From: an uncultured Candidatus Rokubacteria bacterium
GTDB lineage: Bacteria; Methylomirabilota; Methylomirabilia; Rokubacteriales; DASRDR01
Assembly (NCBI GenBank): GCA_963805625.1
Contig: CAWDVE010000014.1
Coordinates: 32,001-96,000, forward strand
Length of the DNA stretch: 64,000 nucleotides
Direction of reading: 5' to 3'
Position 1 is the stretch's first letter; each line of letters opens with the position of its first letter. The translations under genes and the position numbers were made by a program. The notes under the pieces are model-generated. The model was given only the letters and a program-made list of their open reading frames with translations. It made no database searches and had not been told where the DNA came from. Below are positions 50,422-60,994 of the stretch, piece after piece.

Positions 50422-51774
50422 GGGGCCAGGTGCCACACCATCTCGGTCGGTTAGGTGCCAGCGCATCTCGGTCACGGTGATACTGGAGTAAAGCCTGTGA
50501 GCGAGGGGGAGCCATGGCGAAAAGGGGCGGCGACGAGAGGCGACGCGGCGAACGCTGGTGGCGAAGGTCCGGGCCGGGGCCTCTATGCGGGCGGTGGCGC
50601 GCGCCCATGGAGTGAGCCTGTCCACGGTGCAGTGGTGGCACCGCCGGGCCGGGGCGCAGGCCCTGGACGACGTGGACTGGAGCGATCAGCCACGGGTGGC
50701 CAAGCGCATCCACCGGATCCCCGAGGCGGTGGAGCAGCTGGTGATGACCTTGCGGCACGACCTGAGGACGACCAGCGATCTGGGCGAGTATGGCGCCCGG
50801 GCCATCCACCGCGCCTTCGCGGCGCGTCGGCCGGCGACGGCCGTGCCGTCCGTGCGCACCATCGGCCGGATTCTGTACCGCCGGGGGGTCCTGGATCGTG
50901 TTCGCCGGCTGCGTCGGCCCCCGCCCCGCCCCGGCTGGTACCTCCCGGGCACCCCGGGACGGGGGGAGCTCGACAGCTTCGACATTGTAGAGGGCTTGGC
51001 GCTCACCGGGGGGCTGCAGCTGGAGGTCCTGACCGTCGTGTCCTTGTATGGGGGATTGCCCGGGGCCTGGCCGCAGCCGCTCGTGACGGCGAGCACCGCG
51101 GTGGCGGCGCTCGTCGCGCACTGGCGCACATGGGGCCTGCCGGCATACGCCCAATTTGACAATGACAGCATCTTCACCGGGACGCACCGCTGGCCCGATG
51201 CGCTGGGTCGCGTCGTCCGCACGTGCCTGCGCCTGGGCGTCCGCCCGGTCTTCGCCCCACCCCAGGAAAGTGGCTTCCAAGCCGCCATCGAGAACTTCAA
51301 CGGCCGCTGGCAGGCCAAGGTCTGGACCCGATTCCATCACGAATCGCTGGCCGCCCTGCAGGAGCGCTCCGACCGGTACATCCGCGCCTACCATCAGCGG
51401 GCGGCCGCGCGGATCGAGGCCGCCCCGCCGCGCCGCCCGTTCCCCGTCGCCTGGCAGGCCGATCTGCAAGCCCGCCTGCAGGGTGAGGTCTTGTTCCTGC
51501 GACGCACTTCGGACGCGGGGACGGTGCGCCTGCTCAATCGCACCCTGGAGGTCGCGCCCCATTGGCCCCACCGCCTGGTGCGATGCGAGCTGGATCTCAC
51601 CGCCGGGATGCTCCGCTTCTACGCCCTGCGGCGTCGAGCGCCGGATCAGCAGCCTCTCTTGCGTGAGGCGCCCTATGTCTTTCCCCACAAGCCCTTCCAC
51701 GAGTGACCGAGATGCGGTGGCACCTTCCCTCGAGTCGTCTCTTCTCCGACCGAGATGGTGTGGCACCTGGCCCC
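50422..51774 (+). mobile_element. Complete IS with IS481-like DDE transposase, long TIRs and duplicated (CC)TGA(GG) target
   Basis: GGGGCCAGGTGCCACACCATCTCGGTCGG inverted at both ends; second internal copy at each end; CCTGAGG at both junctions. Confidence 0.9.
50558..51706 (+). CDS. Transposase (HTH plus rve DDE, IS481-like)
   Basis: MRAVARAHGVSLSTVQWW, GARAIH, PSVRTIGRIL, DSFD, QFDND, IENFNG. Confidence 0.88.
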   Translation: MAKVRAGASMRAVARAHGVSLSTVQWWHRRAGAQALDDVDWSDQPRVAKRIHRIPEAVEQLVMTLRHDLRTTSDLGEYGARAIHRAFAARRPATAVPSVRTIGRILYRRGVLDRVRRLRRPPPRPGWYLPGTPGRGELDSFDIVEGLALTGGLQLEVLTVVSLYGGLPGAWPQPLVTASTAVAALVAHWRTWGLPAYAQFDNDSIFTGTHRWPDALGRVVRTCLRLGVRPVFAPPQESGFQAAIENFNGRWQAKVWTRFHHESLAALQERSDRYIRAYHQRAAARIEAAPPRRPFPVAWQADLQARLQGEVLFLRRTSDAGTVRLLNRTLEVAPHWPHRLVRCELDLTAGMLRFYALRRRAPDQQPLLREAPYVFPHKPFHE

Positions 51775-51805
51775 TGAGGCCGTGATTCCTGGCTCCACCC
51801 TCATC

Positions 51806-52131
51806 GTGGAGCGGAATCGGATCGAGGAGTTCGAAAGAGGTCGCCGCGCTGATGCCGGAGGATCCCGTCGTCCGGTTCGGCCTGGCGAGCGCTGCCCTGG
51901 ATGCCGGGCAACCGGAGGAGGCTATGCTCGACCAGGAGACCATCCGGCTCAAACCCGACTACTCGGCGGCGCATCGTGGGCTCGGTCGGGCTTTGGAGAA
52001 GGCGGGTCGTCTAGCCGAGGCGGAGGCGACCTACGTGGCGGGCCTTGAGGTCACGGGACGAACCCGACGATCTCCAGACGAAGAAGGAGATCGAGGTCTT
52101 CTTGCGCCGCCTGGAGAAGCGCGGCGGCTGA
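51806..52131 (+). pseudogene. TPR protein, frameshifted
   Basis: PEDPVVRFGLA..KPDYSAAHRGLGRALE..KEIEVFLRRL across shifted frames. Confidence 0.7.
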
Positions 52132-52467
52132 TCAGGCGCAGCCGGATCGGGGCGTGCCCCGCGCTTTCTTGGGCACCAGTGTGCACGCGAACGTGGCGGG
52201 CTGCTGCTGATACTGATCAAGGAGGGCCCGAACCCGCACCAGCGTCCGGTCCCGCTTGGCGAGGCCGATGCCGTAGATCGCCAGATCGTTCACCAGCCGT
52301 ATGTAGAACACATGCTGGTGGTCGCCGGTGTTCCGCATGCAAGGCGTCGGCTTCTGCGCCACGCGCAGGAGGAGCCCGAACGCGCGGACGTACTCGCCGA
52401 GCACCGGTTCGTCACGGAGGTCCGGCGGAACCTCGGGGAAGCGCGCCAGGAACTCATCCACCGTCAT
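52132..52467 (-). CDS. Hypothetical protein
   Basis: Protein-like composition with Cys motifs (KPTPC, FAC, SGC). Confidence 0.6.
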   Translation of the reverse strand: MTVDEFLARFPEVPPDLRDEPVLGEYVRAFGLLLRVAQKPTPCMRNTGDHQHVFYIRLVNDLAIYGIGLAKRDRTLVRVRALLDQYQQQPATFACTLVPKKARGTPRSGCA

Positions 52468-52759
52468 CGGCGTCCGAACGGACCGAGCGCATTCGTCGAG
52501 GTTCGGTGAAAGGCGTATCTGCATGACAGCCCCTCCCGGGCCCATTATAGCTCAGCGCGTCCCGGCTGGTCTTCGTACCGGCGCTTGGCTAGGTGCTGGA
52601 GTGTCTTGGACGGGACAGGCCCGGACGCTCGTCTACCAGTACACCTCGAGACACTTGGCGCGCGTGACACCCGGCCTTCGGCATGCCCGTCAAGCGGTCA
52701 ATCAACTCGGCCGGCTTGGGCTCGCGGACACCGCTCATGCTGCAGGAGGTGGGCGAGGA

Positions 52760-53150
52760 TCTAACCCCAATCGGCGAATGAATCAGGCGGCCAGACGGTC
52801 ACCTCATGCGCCTTGGGGAAGCCCTCCGGGTCCAACACCAAACCGATCGCCACTTTGGTAATCGCGGGAGTAGGCCCCCTGGAGCTTGCGGGTTACGGGG
52901 CACTGCCCCTCGAAGTACGTCGAGGTGAGGTCGTACCGAGGATGCCCCACCGAACACCACGCCCGAGGCCCCGTCAGCCGTGGGGCCTGGGGTGCGGCCC
53001 GGCCCAGGTGGGGCCCCGCCGCGGGGGTTACCGCTGGACCCAGAACGCGGGTGGCCCTAGGCTGCCCCTGTCGAGCTGACCCCGGCTCGGCGGCCGGGCG
53101 CGGCCGTGGGGCGGGCGGTCGCCCCCGAAGCTCAGGGCCGCGAGGAGACG
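52760..53150 (-). mobile_element. Decayed IS1634-family transposase remnant
   Basis: YDLTSTYFEG....GAYSRD on the minus strand near 52860-52940. Confidence 0.7.
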
Positions 53151-53281
53151 GACCGCCGTAAGCTCGTGACAGCGATCCCGCGGCGCCAAACGCCCTGTCA
53201 GTTTCTGGCCTATCTCACCGAATCAACGGCACATTTTGTTCGAGCGTCCCGGAGAGCCTCGGCCTAGCCCATGAATCATTA

Positions 53282-53310
53282 TTGACTTATCCGTATAGTT
53301 TAGATAAGCT
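53282..53310 (+). promoter_or_regulatory. suf operon sigma70 promoter with overlapping inverted repeat
   Basis: TTGACT-N17-TAAGCT; CTTATC-N11-GATAAG at 53286-53308. Confidence 0.75.
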
Positions 53311-53336
53311 TCGCTCGAGGCTACGGAGCGTTCCCG

Positions 53337-54782
<1,446 letters not shown>

Positions 54783-54783
54783 C

Positions 54784-55563
54784 ATGCTTCTGAAAATCAC
54801 GAACCTCCACGCGAATGTCGCTGGCATTGAGATCCTCCGTGGTGTGGATCTCACCGTGAACGCAGGAGAGGTCCACGCGATCATGGGCCCAAATGGCTCG
54901 GGCAAAAGCACGCTGGCGCACGTTCTTGCTGGACGGCCCGGATACGAGGTCACTCAGGGTGAGGTGCTGTACCAGGGGCACGACCTCCTCGCCATGGCGC
55001 CCGAAATGCGCGCCCGAGAAGGCATCTTCCTCGCGTTTCAGTACCCGGTCGAGATCCCGGGTGTCTCAAACCTCTACTTCCTGAAGAATGCGCTGAACGC
55101 GGTCCGCAAGCACCGCGGGCTGTCCGAACTCGACGCGTTCGACTTCCTGTCGCTCGTCAAAGACAAGGCGGCACTCGTGGACATCGACGAGGAGCTCGTC
55201 AAGCGCGCGGTCAACGAGGGATTCTCGGGCGGTGAGAAGAAGCGGAACGAGATCTTCCAGATGGCGATCCTCGACCCGACGCTCGCGATCCTGGACGAGA
55301 CCGACTCGGGGCTCGACATCGACGCCCTGCGGATCGTCGCCTCCAGCGTGAACTCCCTGCGCACCCCAGAGCGCGCCATGATCGTCGTGACGCATTACCA
55401 GAGGTTGCTCAACTACATCGTCCCGGACTTCCTTCACGTGCTGGTTGACGGGCGCATCGCGCTCGAGGGGGGGAAGGATCTCGCGCTCGAGCTCGAAGAG
55501 AAGGGCTACACCTGGCTCGAGAAGGAGCCGTCCGCAAAGACGCAGCCCGTCCCGGTCTCGTGA
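54784..55563 (+). CDS. sufC: Fe-S cluster assembly ATPase SufC
   Basis: GPNGSGKST, FSGGEKKR, LDETDSGLD. Confidence 0.98.
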   Translation: MLLKITNLHANVAGIEILRGVDLTVNAGEVHAIMGPNGSGKSTLAHVLAGRPGYEVTQGEVLYQGHDLLAMAPEMRAREGIFLAFQYPVEIPGVSNLYFLKNALNAVRKHRGLSELDAFDFLSLVKDKAALVDIDEELVKRAVNEGFSGGEKKRNEIFQMAILDPTLAILDETDSGLDIDALRIVASSVNSLRTPERAMIVVTHYQRLLNYIVPDFLHVLVDGRIALEGGKDLALELEEKGYTWLEKEPSAKTQPVPVS

Positions 55564-56915
55564 TGGAAGCCGTCGCGGAAGATACGCGCACGACCGGCCT
55601 CGAGCGCTCGCTCGGCGAGGCCTACCGCGAGAAGCGTGCGCCGGGCGATCCCGGCTGGCTGGCCGAGATTCGCCGGGTCGGCATGGATCGGTTCCGCGAA
55701 ATGGGCTTCCCGACCGTCCACGACGAAGCGTGGAGGGACACGAACGTCACGCCGATCCGGAAGGTGCGGTTCGAGCTGGCGCCCGACCAGGAGTCGCCCG
55801 TTCAACGTCCTCACCCCTCCTCTCTCGCGTGGGGAGAGGGCGTTCAGCTCGTCTTCATCAACGGCCGGTATTCCCGAGCGCTCTCCTCTCCCGGACCTCG
55901 GCCCGCTGGCCTCGAAGTGGCCAGCCTGAAGGCCGTTCTGGCGCAGGATCCGGATTCGGTGGAGCCGCATCTCGCGAAGATCGCGCGTAACGGCAACGCC
56001 TTCGCCGCCGTCAACGCGGCGTTCCTCGAAGACGGCGCGTTCGTCCGGATCCCGGCTCGGACGGCCGTCGCGCACCCGATTCACCTCGTCTTTCTGTCGG
56101 AGCCGGTCTTCGGTCCCACGATCTCCCACCCCCGCAACCTCGTGATCGCGGAGGCGGGCAGCGAGGCTCATATCGTCGAGACGTACATCGGGACCGCCGG
56201 GGAGCTCTACTTCACGAACGCCGTCACCGAAGTCGTCCTGGGCGAAGGCGCGGTCCTCGACTTCTCCAAGCTCGAGCGCGAGAGCGGTGCGGCCTTCCAC
56301 GTCGCGACCACCGAGGTGAGCCAGGGGCGCGACAGTAGCTTCACCTCGCACTCGATCTTGCTCGGCGGCGCCCTGGCCCGCAACGACCTCAACGTCCGGC
56401 TCGACGCGGTGGGCGCCGGATGCACACTGAACGGCCTCTTCATCGGATCCGGCACGCAGCACCTCGACAACCACACCCTGATCGATCACGCAAAGCCGCA
56501 TGGCACGAGCCGTGAGCTCTACAAGGGCATCATGAACGGACAGTCGCGGGGGGTCTTCAACGGCAAGATCATTGTGCGGCCGGCCGCGCAGAAGACCGAC
56601 GCGATGCAGACGAACAAGAACCTGCTCCTTTCGAAGGACGCGCTGGTCAACTCGAAGCCGGCGCTCGAGATCTTCGCCGACGACGTCAAGTGTCGGCACG
56701 GCTCGACGATCGGGCAGCTCGACGACGCCGCGATGTTCTACCTGCGCTCGCGCGGGATCGGAGAAACGGAGGCCCGCGACCTCCTGGTCTACGCCTTCGC
56801 GAGCGACGTCGCCTCGAGGATCCGCGTCGCGCCGCTCCGCGCGTTCGTGGAAGCGCAACTCGGCCTGCGGCTGTCCCGGGGCGACGCCGAACCGATCCGG
56901 GGGGCGCGCCCATGA
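55563..56915 (+). CDS. sufD: Fe-S cluster assembly protein SufD
   Basis: FNGKI, AQKTDA, KPALEIFADDVKCRHG, FYLRSRGI. Confidence 0.97.
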   Translation: MEAVAEDTRTTGLERSLGEAYREKRAPGDPGWLAEIRRVGMDRFREMGFPTVHDEAWRDTNVTPIRKVRFELAPDQESPVQRPHPSSLAWGEGVQLVFINGRYSRALSSPGPRPAGLEVASLKAVLAQDPDSVEPHLAKIARNGNAFAAVNAAFLEDGAFVRIPARTAVAHPIHLVFLSEPVFGPTISHPRNLVIAEAGSEAHIVETYIGTAGELYFTNAVTEVVLGEGAVLDFSKLERESGAAFHVATTEVSQGRDSSFTSHSILLGGALARNDLNVRLDAVGAGCTLNGLFIGSGTQHLDNHTLIDHAKPHGTSRELYKGIMNGQSRGVFNGKIIVRPAAQKTDAMQTNKNLLLSKDALVNSKPALEIFADDVKCRHGSTIGQLDDAAMFYLRSRGIGETEARDLLVYAFASDVASRIRVAPLRAFVEAQLGLRLSRGDAEPIRGARP

Positions 56916-58177
56916 GCACCGTCCTCCCGAGTCGCGCACCCGCCGAGGGGGACCGCCCGCCCCTCGACGTCGAGGCCCTCCGCCGCGGCTTCCCGATCCT
57001 CGCCCGCAAGATTCACGGCCACCCGCTCGTCTACCTCGACAACGCGGCGACGACTCAGAAGCCGGAGTCCGTCATCGAGGCGGTGGCCGACATGTACCGA
57101 CGGTCCTACGGGAACATCCACCGCGGGGTGCACACGCTCTCAGTCGAGGCGACCGACGCCTACGACCAGGCCCGCGAGAAGGTCCGCGCGTTCGTCAACG
57201 CCGCCGAAACCCGCGAGATCGTGTTCGTCCGCGGGACGACCGAGGCCATCAACCTCGTGGCCCAGACCTTCGGCCGGCAGTCCGTCGGCGAAGGGGACGA
57301 GATCGTCGTGACCGCGCTCGAGCATCATTCGAACATCGTGCCGTGGCAGCTCCTCTGTGACGAGAAGAAGGCGCGCCTGAAGGTCCTGCCAATCGACCGG
57401 ACCGGCGAGGTCTGTGTGGAGGAGCTCGAGCGCCTGCTCACGCCGCGAAGCCGCGTCGTCTCGATCGCGCACGTCTCGAACGCCCTCGGGACGCTCGTTC
57501 CCGTGCGGCGGATCGTCGAGATCGCCCACGCGCGCGGCGTCCCGGTCCTCGTGGATGGCGCGCAGGCGGTCCCGAGGCTCGCCGTGGACGTTCGCGAGCT
57601 CGGCTGCGACTTTTATGCCTTTTCCGCACACAAGATGTATGCCGAGACGGGGGTGGGCGTCCTCTACGGGCGGGCGGAGCTGCTCGACGCCATGCCGCCC
57701 TACCAGGGCGGCGGCGACATGATCAGCTCGGTCACGTTCGAGAAAACGACGTGGAACGTGCTCCCATACAAGTTCGAGGCGGGCACACCGAACATCGCCG
57801 GCGCGATCGGTCTCGGAGCCGCGATCGACTATCTCGCGAAGATCGGGATCGAGAACATCACGGCTCACGAGAAGGACCTGCTGGATTACGCGACCCCCTT
57901 GCTGACCGCTCTCCCCGGTCTGAACGTGATCGGAACGGCACGGGAAAAGATCGGCGTCCTCTCGTTCACCCTCGACGGCATCCACCCGCACGACATCGGG
58001 ACGGTTCTCGATCAGGAGGGGATCGCGATCCGGACCGGCCATCACTGTGCCCAGCCGGTCATGGAGTTCTTCGGCATCCCGGCGACCGCGCGCGCGTCGC
58101 TCGCGCTCTACAACACGCGCCGGGACATCGACGCGCTGGTTGAAGGGATCCGGAAGGTCCAGAGAATGTTCCGCTGA
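56912..58177 (+). CDS. sufS: Cysteine desulfurase SufS
   Basis: YLDNAATTQKP, DGAQ, SAHKM, EAGTP, RTGHHCA. Confidence 0.97.
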   Translation: MSTVLPSRAPAEGDRPPLDVEALRRGFPILARKIHGHPLVYLDNAATTQKPESVIEAVADMYRRSYGNIHRGVHTLSVEATDAYDQAREKVRAFVNAAETREIVFVRGTTEAINLVAQTFGRQSVGEGDEIVVTALEHHSNIVPWQLLCDEKKARLKVLPIDRTGEVCVEELERLLTPRSRVVSIAHVSNALGTLVPVRRIVEIAHARGVPVLVDGAQAVPRLAVDVRELGCDFYAFSAHKMYAETGVGVLYGRAELLDAMPPYQGGGDMISSVTFEKTTWNVLPYKFEAGTPNIAGAIGLGAAIDYLAKIGIENITAHEKDLLDYATPLLTALPGLNVIGTAREKIGVLSFTLDGIHPHDIGTVLDQEGIAIRTGHHCAQPVMEFFGIPATARASLALYNTRRDIDALVEGIRKVQRMFR

Positions 58178-58668
58178 TGGGCGAGCTCCGGGATCTGTAC
58201 CAGGAAGTGATCCTGGACCATAGCAAGGGGCCGAGGAACTTCGGCGAGTTGGCTGGCGCGAACCGGAGAGCGGAGGGCTACAACCCGCTCTGCGGCGACC
58301 GGGAGACGGTGTTCGTCCGGCTTGAGGACGACGTGCTGAAGGAGGTCGGCTTCCGGGGGGCAGGCTGCGCGATCTCGACGGCGTCCGCCTCGATGATGAC
58401 CGAGAGCCTGAAGGGGAAGACGCGCGCAGAAGCAGAGGCCCTCTTCGACCGCTTCCACGACCTGATCACGGGGAAAGACGGCGAGAACAAGCCGGGCGCG
58501 CCCGAGCTCGGGAAGCTCGCGGTCTTCTCCGGAGTGCGCGAGTTTCCCGTGCGCGTCAAGTGCGCGACGCTACCGTGGCACACGCTGAAGGCGGCGCTCG
58601 CCGGAGAAGATCGCACGGTCTCGACCGAGTTGACCGAAGGGCCGAAGGCCGAGAGCGGAGGGGCCTGA
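58177..58668 (+). CDS. sufU: SUF system NifU-family protein SufU
   Basis: LYQEVILDH, NPLCGD, GCAIS, RVKCATL. Confidence 0.95.
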   Translation: MGELRDLYQEVILDHSKGPRNFGELAGANRRAEGYNPLCGDRETVFVRLEDDVLKEVGFRGAGCAISTASASMMTESLKGKTRAEAEALFDRFHDLITGKDGENKPGAPELGKLAVFSGVREFPVRVKCATLPWHTLKAALAGEDRTVSTELTEGPKAESGGA

Positions 58669-58669
58669 C

Positions 58670-59215
58670 ATGTGGGCGCAGAAAGAGACGACGACGACCC
58701 GCGACGTCGTGGCGAGCGAGATCCCGGCCGGGACGAAGTTCACGATCCCGGCGGGGGCGCGCCTGCAGATCACGCAGTCGCTTGGAGGGTCGTACACCGT
58801 CATGGTGCCGATGGGATACCTCGCGCGGATCGACGGCAGGGATGCCGACGCGATCGGGGAAGAGCCGGAGCAGAAGCCGACGGCCAAGGCAACGGCGGAG
58901 AAGCCCGTCGAGGACCTCTGCTGGGACCAGCTCCGCACGTGCTACGACCCGGAGATCCCGGTGAACATCGTGGACCTTGGGCTCGTCTACAGCGTCCAAT
59001 TGACGGCGCTCCCGGAAGGGGGCAACAAGGTCGAGGTCACGTTCACGCTCACCGCTCCAGGCTGCGGCATGGGGGACGTCCTGCGCGAGGACATCCGCCA
59101 GAAGCTGCTCACGGTCCCGGGTATCCACGAGGCGGACGTCCACGTCCTCTTCGACCCGCCCTGGAGCAGGAGCATGATGTCGGACGCGGCCAAACTGCAG
59201 CTCGGGATGATGTGA
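58670..59215 (+). CDS. sufT: Fe-S assembly protein SufT (DUF59)
   Basis: ITQSLGGSYTV, DPEIPVNIVDLGL, TAPGC, FDPPW. Confidence 0.93.
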   Translation: MWAQKETTTTRDVVASEIPAGTKFTIPAGARLQITQSLGGSYTVMVPMGYLARIDGRDADAIGEEPEQKPTAKATAEKPVEDLCWDQLRTCYDPEIPVNIVDLGLVYSVQLTALPEGGNKVEVTFTLTAPGCGMGDVLREDIRQKLLTVPGIHEADVHVLFDPPWSRSMMSDAAKLQLGMM

Positions 59216-59240
59216 AGCGAACGCGCGGGGACGAGCAGCG

Positions 59241-59720
59241 ATGAAGCTCAGTTCGCAGGAAGAGTACGGGCTGCGGTGTCTCCTCCGGGTCGGGCGCGAA
59301 GGCACCTCCGGGCGCGTCACGATCTCCGAGCTGTCACGAGCCGAGGGGATCTCGGAACCGAACGCCGCGAAGATGATGCGGATCCTGCGTGAAGGCGGGT
59401 TCGTCACCTCCACCCGCGGACAGTCGGGAGGCTATGCGCTCTCCCGGCCGGCGGAGCAGATCAACGTCGGCGAGGTCCTCGCGGCGCTGGGCGGCCGGCT
59501 GTACGAGCCCTCCTTCTGCGACACGCACGCGGGCGTCGAGCGATTCTGCTCGAACATGCCAGATTGCTCGATCCGTTCCGTATGGCGCATGCTCCAGAAC
59601 GCCGTAGACCAGGTGCTTGGCAAGATCACGTTGAAGGACCTTCTGGTCTCCGAGCGGGAGATGAACGCGTTCCCCTCGGCGGCCAGGTCGGCGCTTCCGA
59701 CGTACGCGCAGCACGCCTGA
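59241..59720 (+). CDS. Rrf2-family Fe-S transcriptional regulator
   Basis: EEYGLRCL, STRGQSGGYAL, three C-terminal Cys. Confidence 0.93.
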   Translation: MKLSSQEEYGLRCLLRVGREGTSGRVTISELSRAEGISEPNAAKMMRILREGGFVTSTRGQSGGYALSRPAEQINVGEVLAALGGRLYEPSFCDTHAGVERFCSNMPDCSIRSVWRMLQNAVDQVLGKITLKDLLVSEREMNAFPSAARSALPTYAQHA

Positions 59721-59874
59721 CCGAAGGCAGCGGCATGATCACGCCGCCGGATCCCCAGCGCGGGGAAGGACAAGGCAGCGTGATGCGGTTCTTGCGCCCT
59801 ACAGGGCTGTGGCGGCACTACCATCGGGGCGCCTGGCCGACATCCTAAGCGGCATCTGATAAGATCGCAGATTG

Positions 59875-60903
59875 ATGGCGCATCTCAGCGCTAAGGCACG
59901 CGCGCGCCTGCCGAATACCGCCTTCGCCTACGTGGACTCGAAGGGTCAGCGACGCCTGCCGATCCACGACGAGCCCCACGTCCGGAACGCGCTCGCTCGC
60001 TTCAACCAGATCAAGTTCGAGGACGACGCGGCACGCGAGCGGGCGCGCAAGAGACTGCTGACCGCGGGCAAGAAGCACGGGATCGTGCCGATCGGCTTCA
60101 TCACCGGGCAGCTCGCGACCGAGCGTCTGGAGGGCGAGTCCAGGGCACGCGCCACCGTCGCGCGCGACCTGCCGACGGGCCGGGTCACCTTCCTCCTGAC
60201 CGATATCGAGGATTCCACCGGCCTCCTGCGCCGGCTGGGCGACGGGTACGCCGACCTGCTCAGCGGTGTGCGCCGCCTCCTTCGCCGGGCCGTGCAACGG
60301 TCGGGCGGCAGCGAGGTCGACGTTCGCGCCGACGAGCTCTTCGCCGTCTTCAAGCGGCCGGCCGGTGCGCTCGGTGCGGCACTGGCGATCCAGCGGAGCC
60401 TCGGGTCACGGGCATGGCCGGACGGGGCCCGTGTGCGGGTCAGGATCGGCATCCACACTGGCCGTCCCACGCTGACCGATAGCGGCTACGTCGGTCTGGC
60501 CGTGCACGCGGCCGCCCGCATCTGCGCCGCCGGCCATGGCGGCCAGATCCTTCTCTCGCACACCACCGTACAAGCTGTCGAGGCATCCGTTCCGGTCGGT
60601 GTCAGCTTCCGCGCGTTGGGCAATCACCGGCTCCGTGGACTGCCGGAGCCGGAGGCTCTCTTCCAGCTGGAGGCGCCTGACCTTCCGGCGAGGTTCCCGC
60701 GACCTCGAACCGCCGCCCGGTCATTCGCCCATCGACCGCCCGGACCCGAAGCCTCGCGGCTGACGCCCGTCCCCCGCGCGAGCGCACCCCCTTCTGGCAG
60801 ACGATCCGGAAGAGGACGTAGAGCGCGTGGGCGTCCTACGAAAGCTGGTGGGCGGCGGCGTCGATCTCATGCTGGACACCCATCAGAAGTCGACGGCCGA
60901 TGA
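59875..60903 (+). CDS. DUF6582-like domain fused to a class III nucleotidyl cyclase domain
   Basis: LP..AFAY..RRLPIHDE.HVRNALARFNQ; TDIEDST, ADE, RIGIHTG, GLAVHAAARI, GGQILLS. Confidence 0.85.
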   Translation: MAHLSAKARARLPNTAFAYVDSKGQRRLPIHDEPHVRNALARFNQIKFEDDAARERARKRLLTAGKKHGIVPIGFITGQLATERLEGESRARATVARDLPTGRVTFLLTDIEDSTGLLRRLGDGYADLLSGVRRLLRRAVQRSGGSEVDVRADELFAVFKRPAGALGAALAIQRSLGSRAWPDGARVRVRIGIHTGRPTLTDSGYVGLAVHAAARICAAGHGGQILLSHTTVQAVEASVPVGVSFRALGNHRLRGLPEPEALFQLEAPDLPARFPRPRTAARSFAHRPPGPEASRLTPVPRASAPPSGRRSGRGRRARGRPTKAGGRRRRSHAGHPSEVDGR

Positions 60904-60994
60904 GGCCGTTCGGGCGTGCGGTCCAGCTTTCGCTCTCGATGTCGTCGGCTGCGCAGCGAAGGCGCCTGGAGTTGCGTACAATCCCGGTTAACCC

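Noticed and set aside
52855-53190. GC-rich, hairpin-rich stretch that looked like a structured ncRNA
   Set aside because: The minus strand encodes YDLTSTYFEG/YSRD of an IS1634 transposase; no RNase P, SRP, tmRNA or intron signatures were seen.
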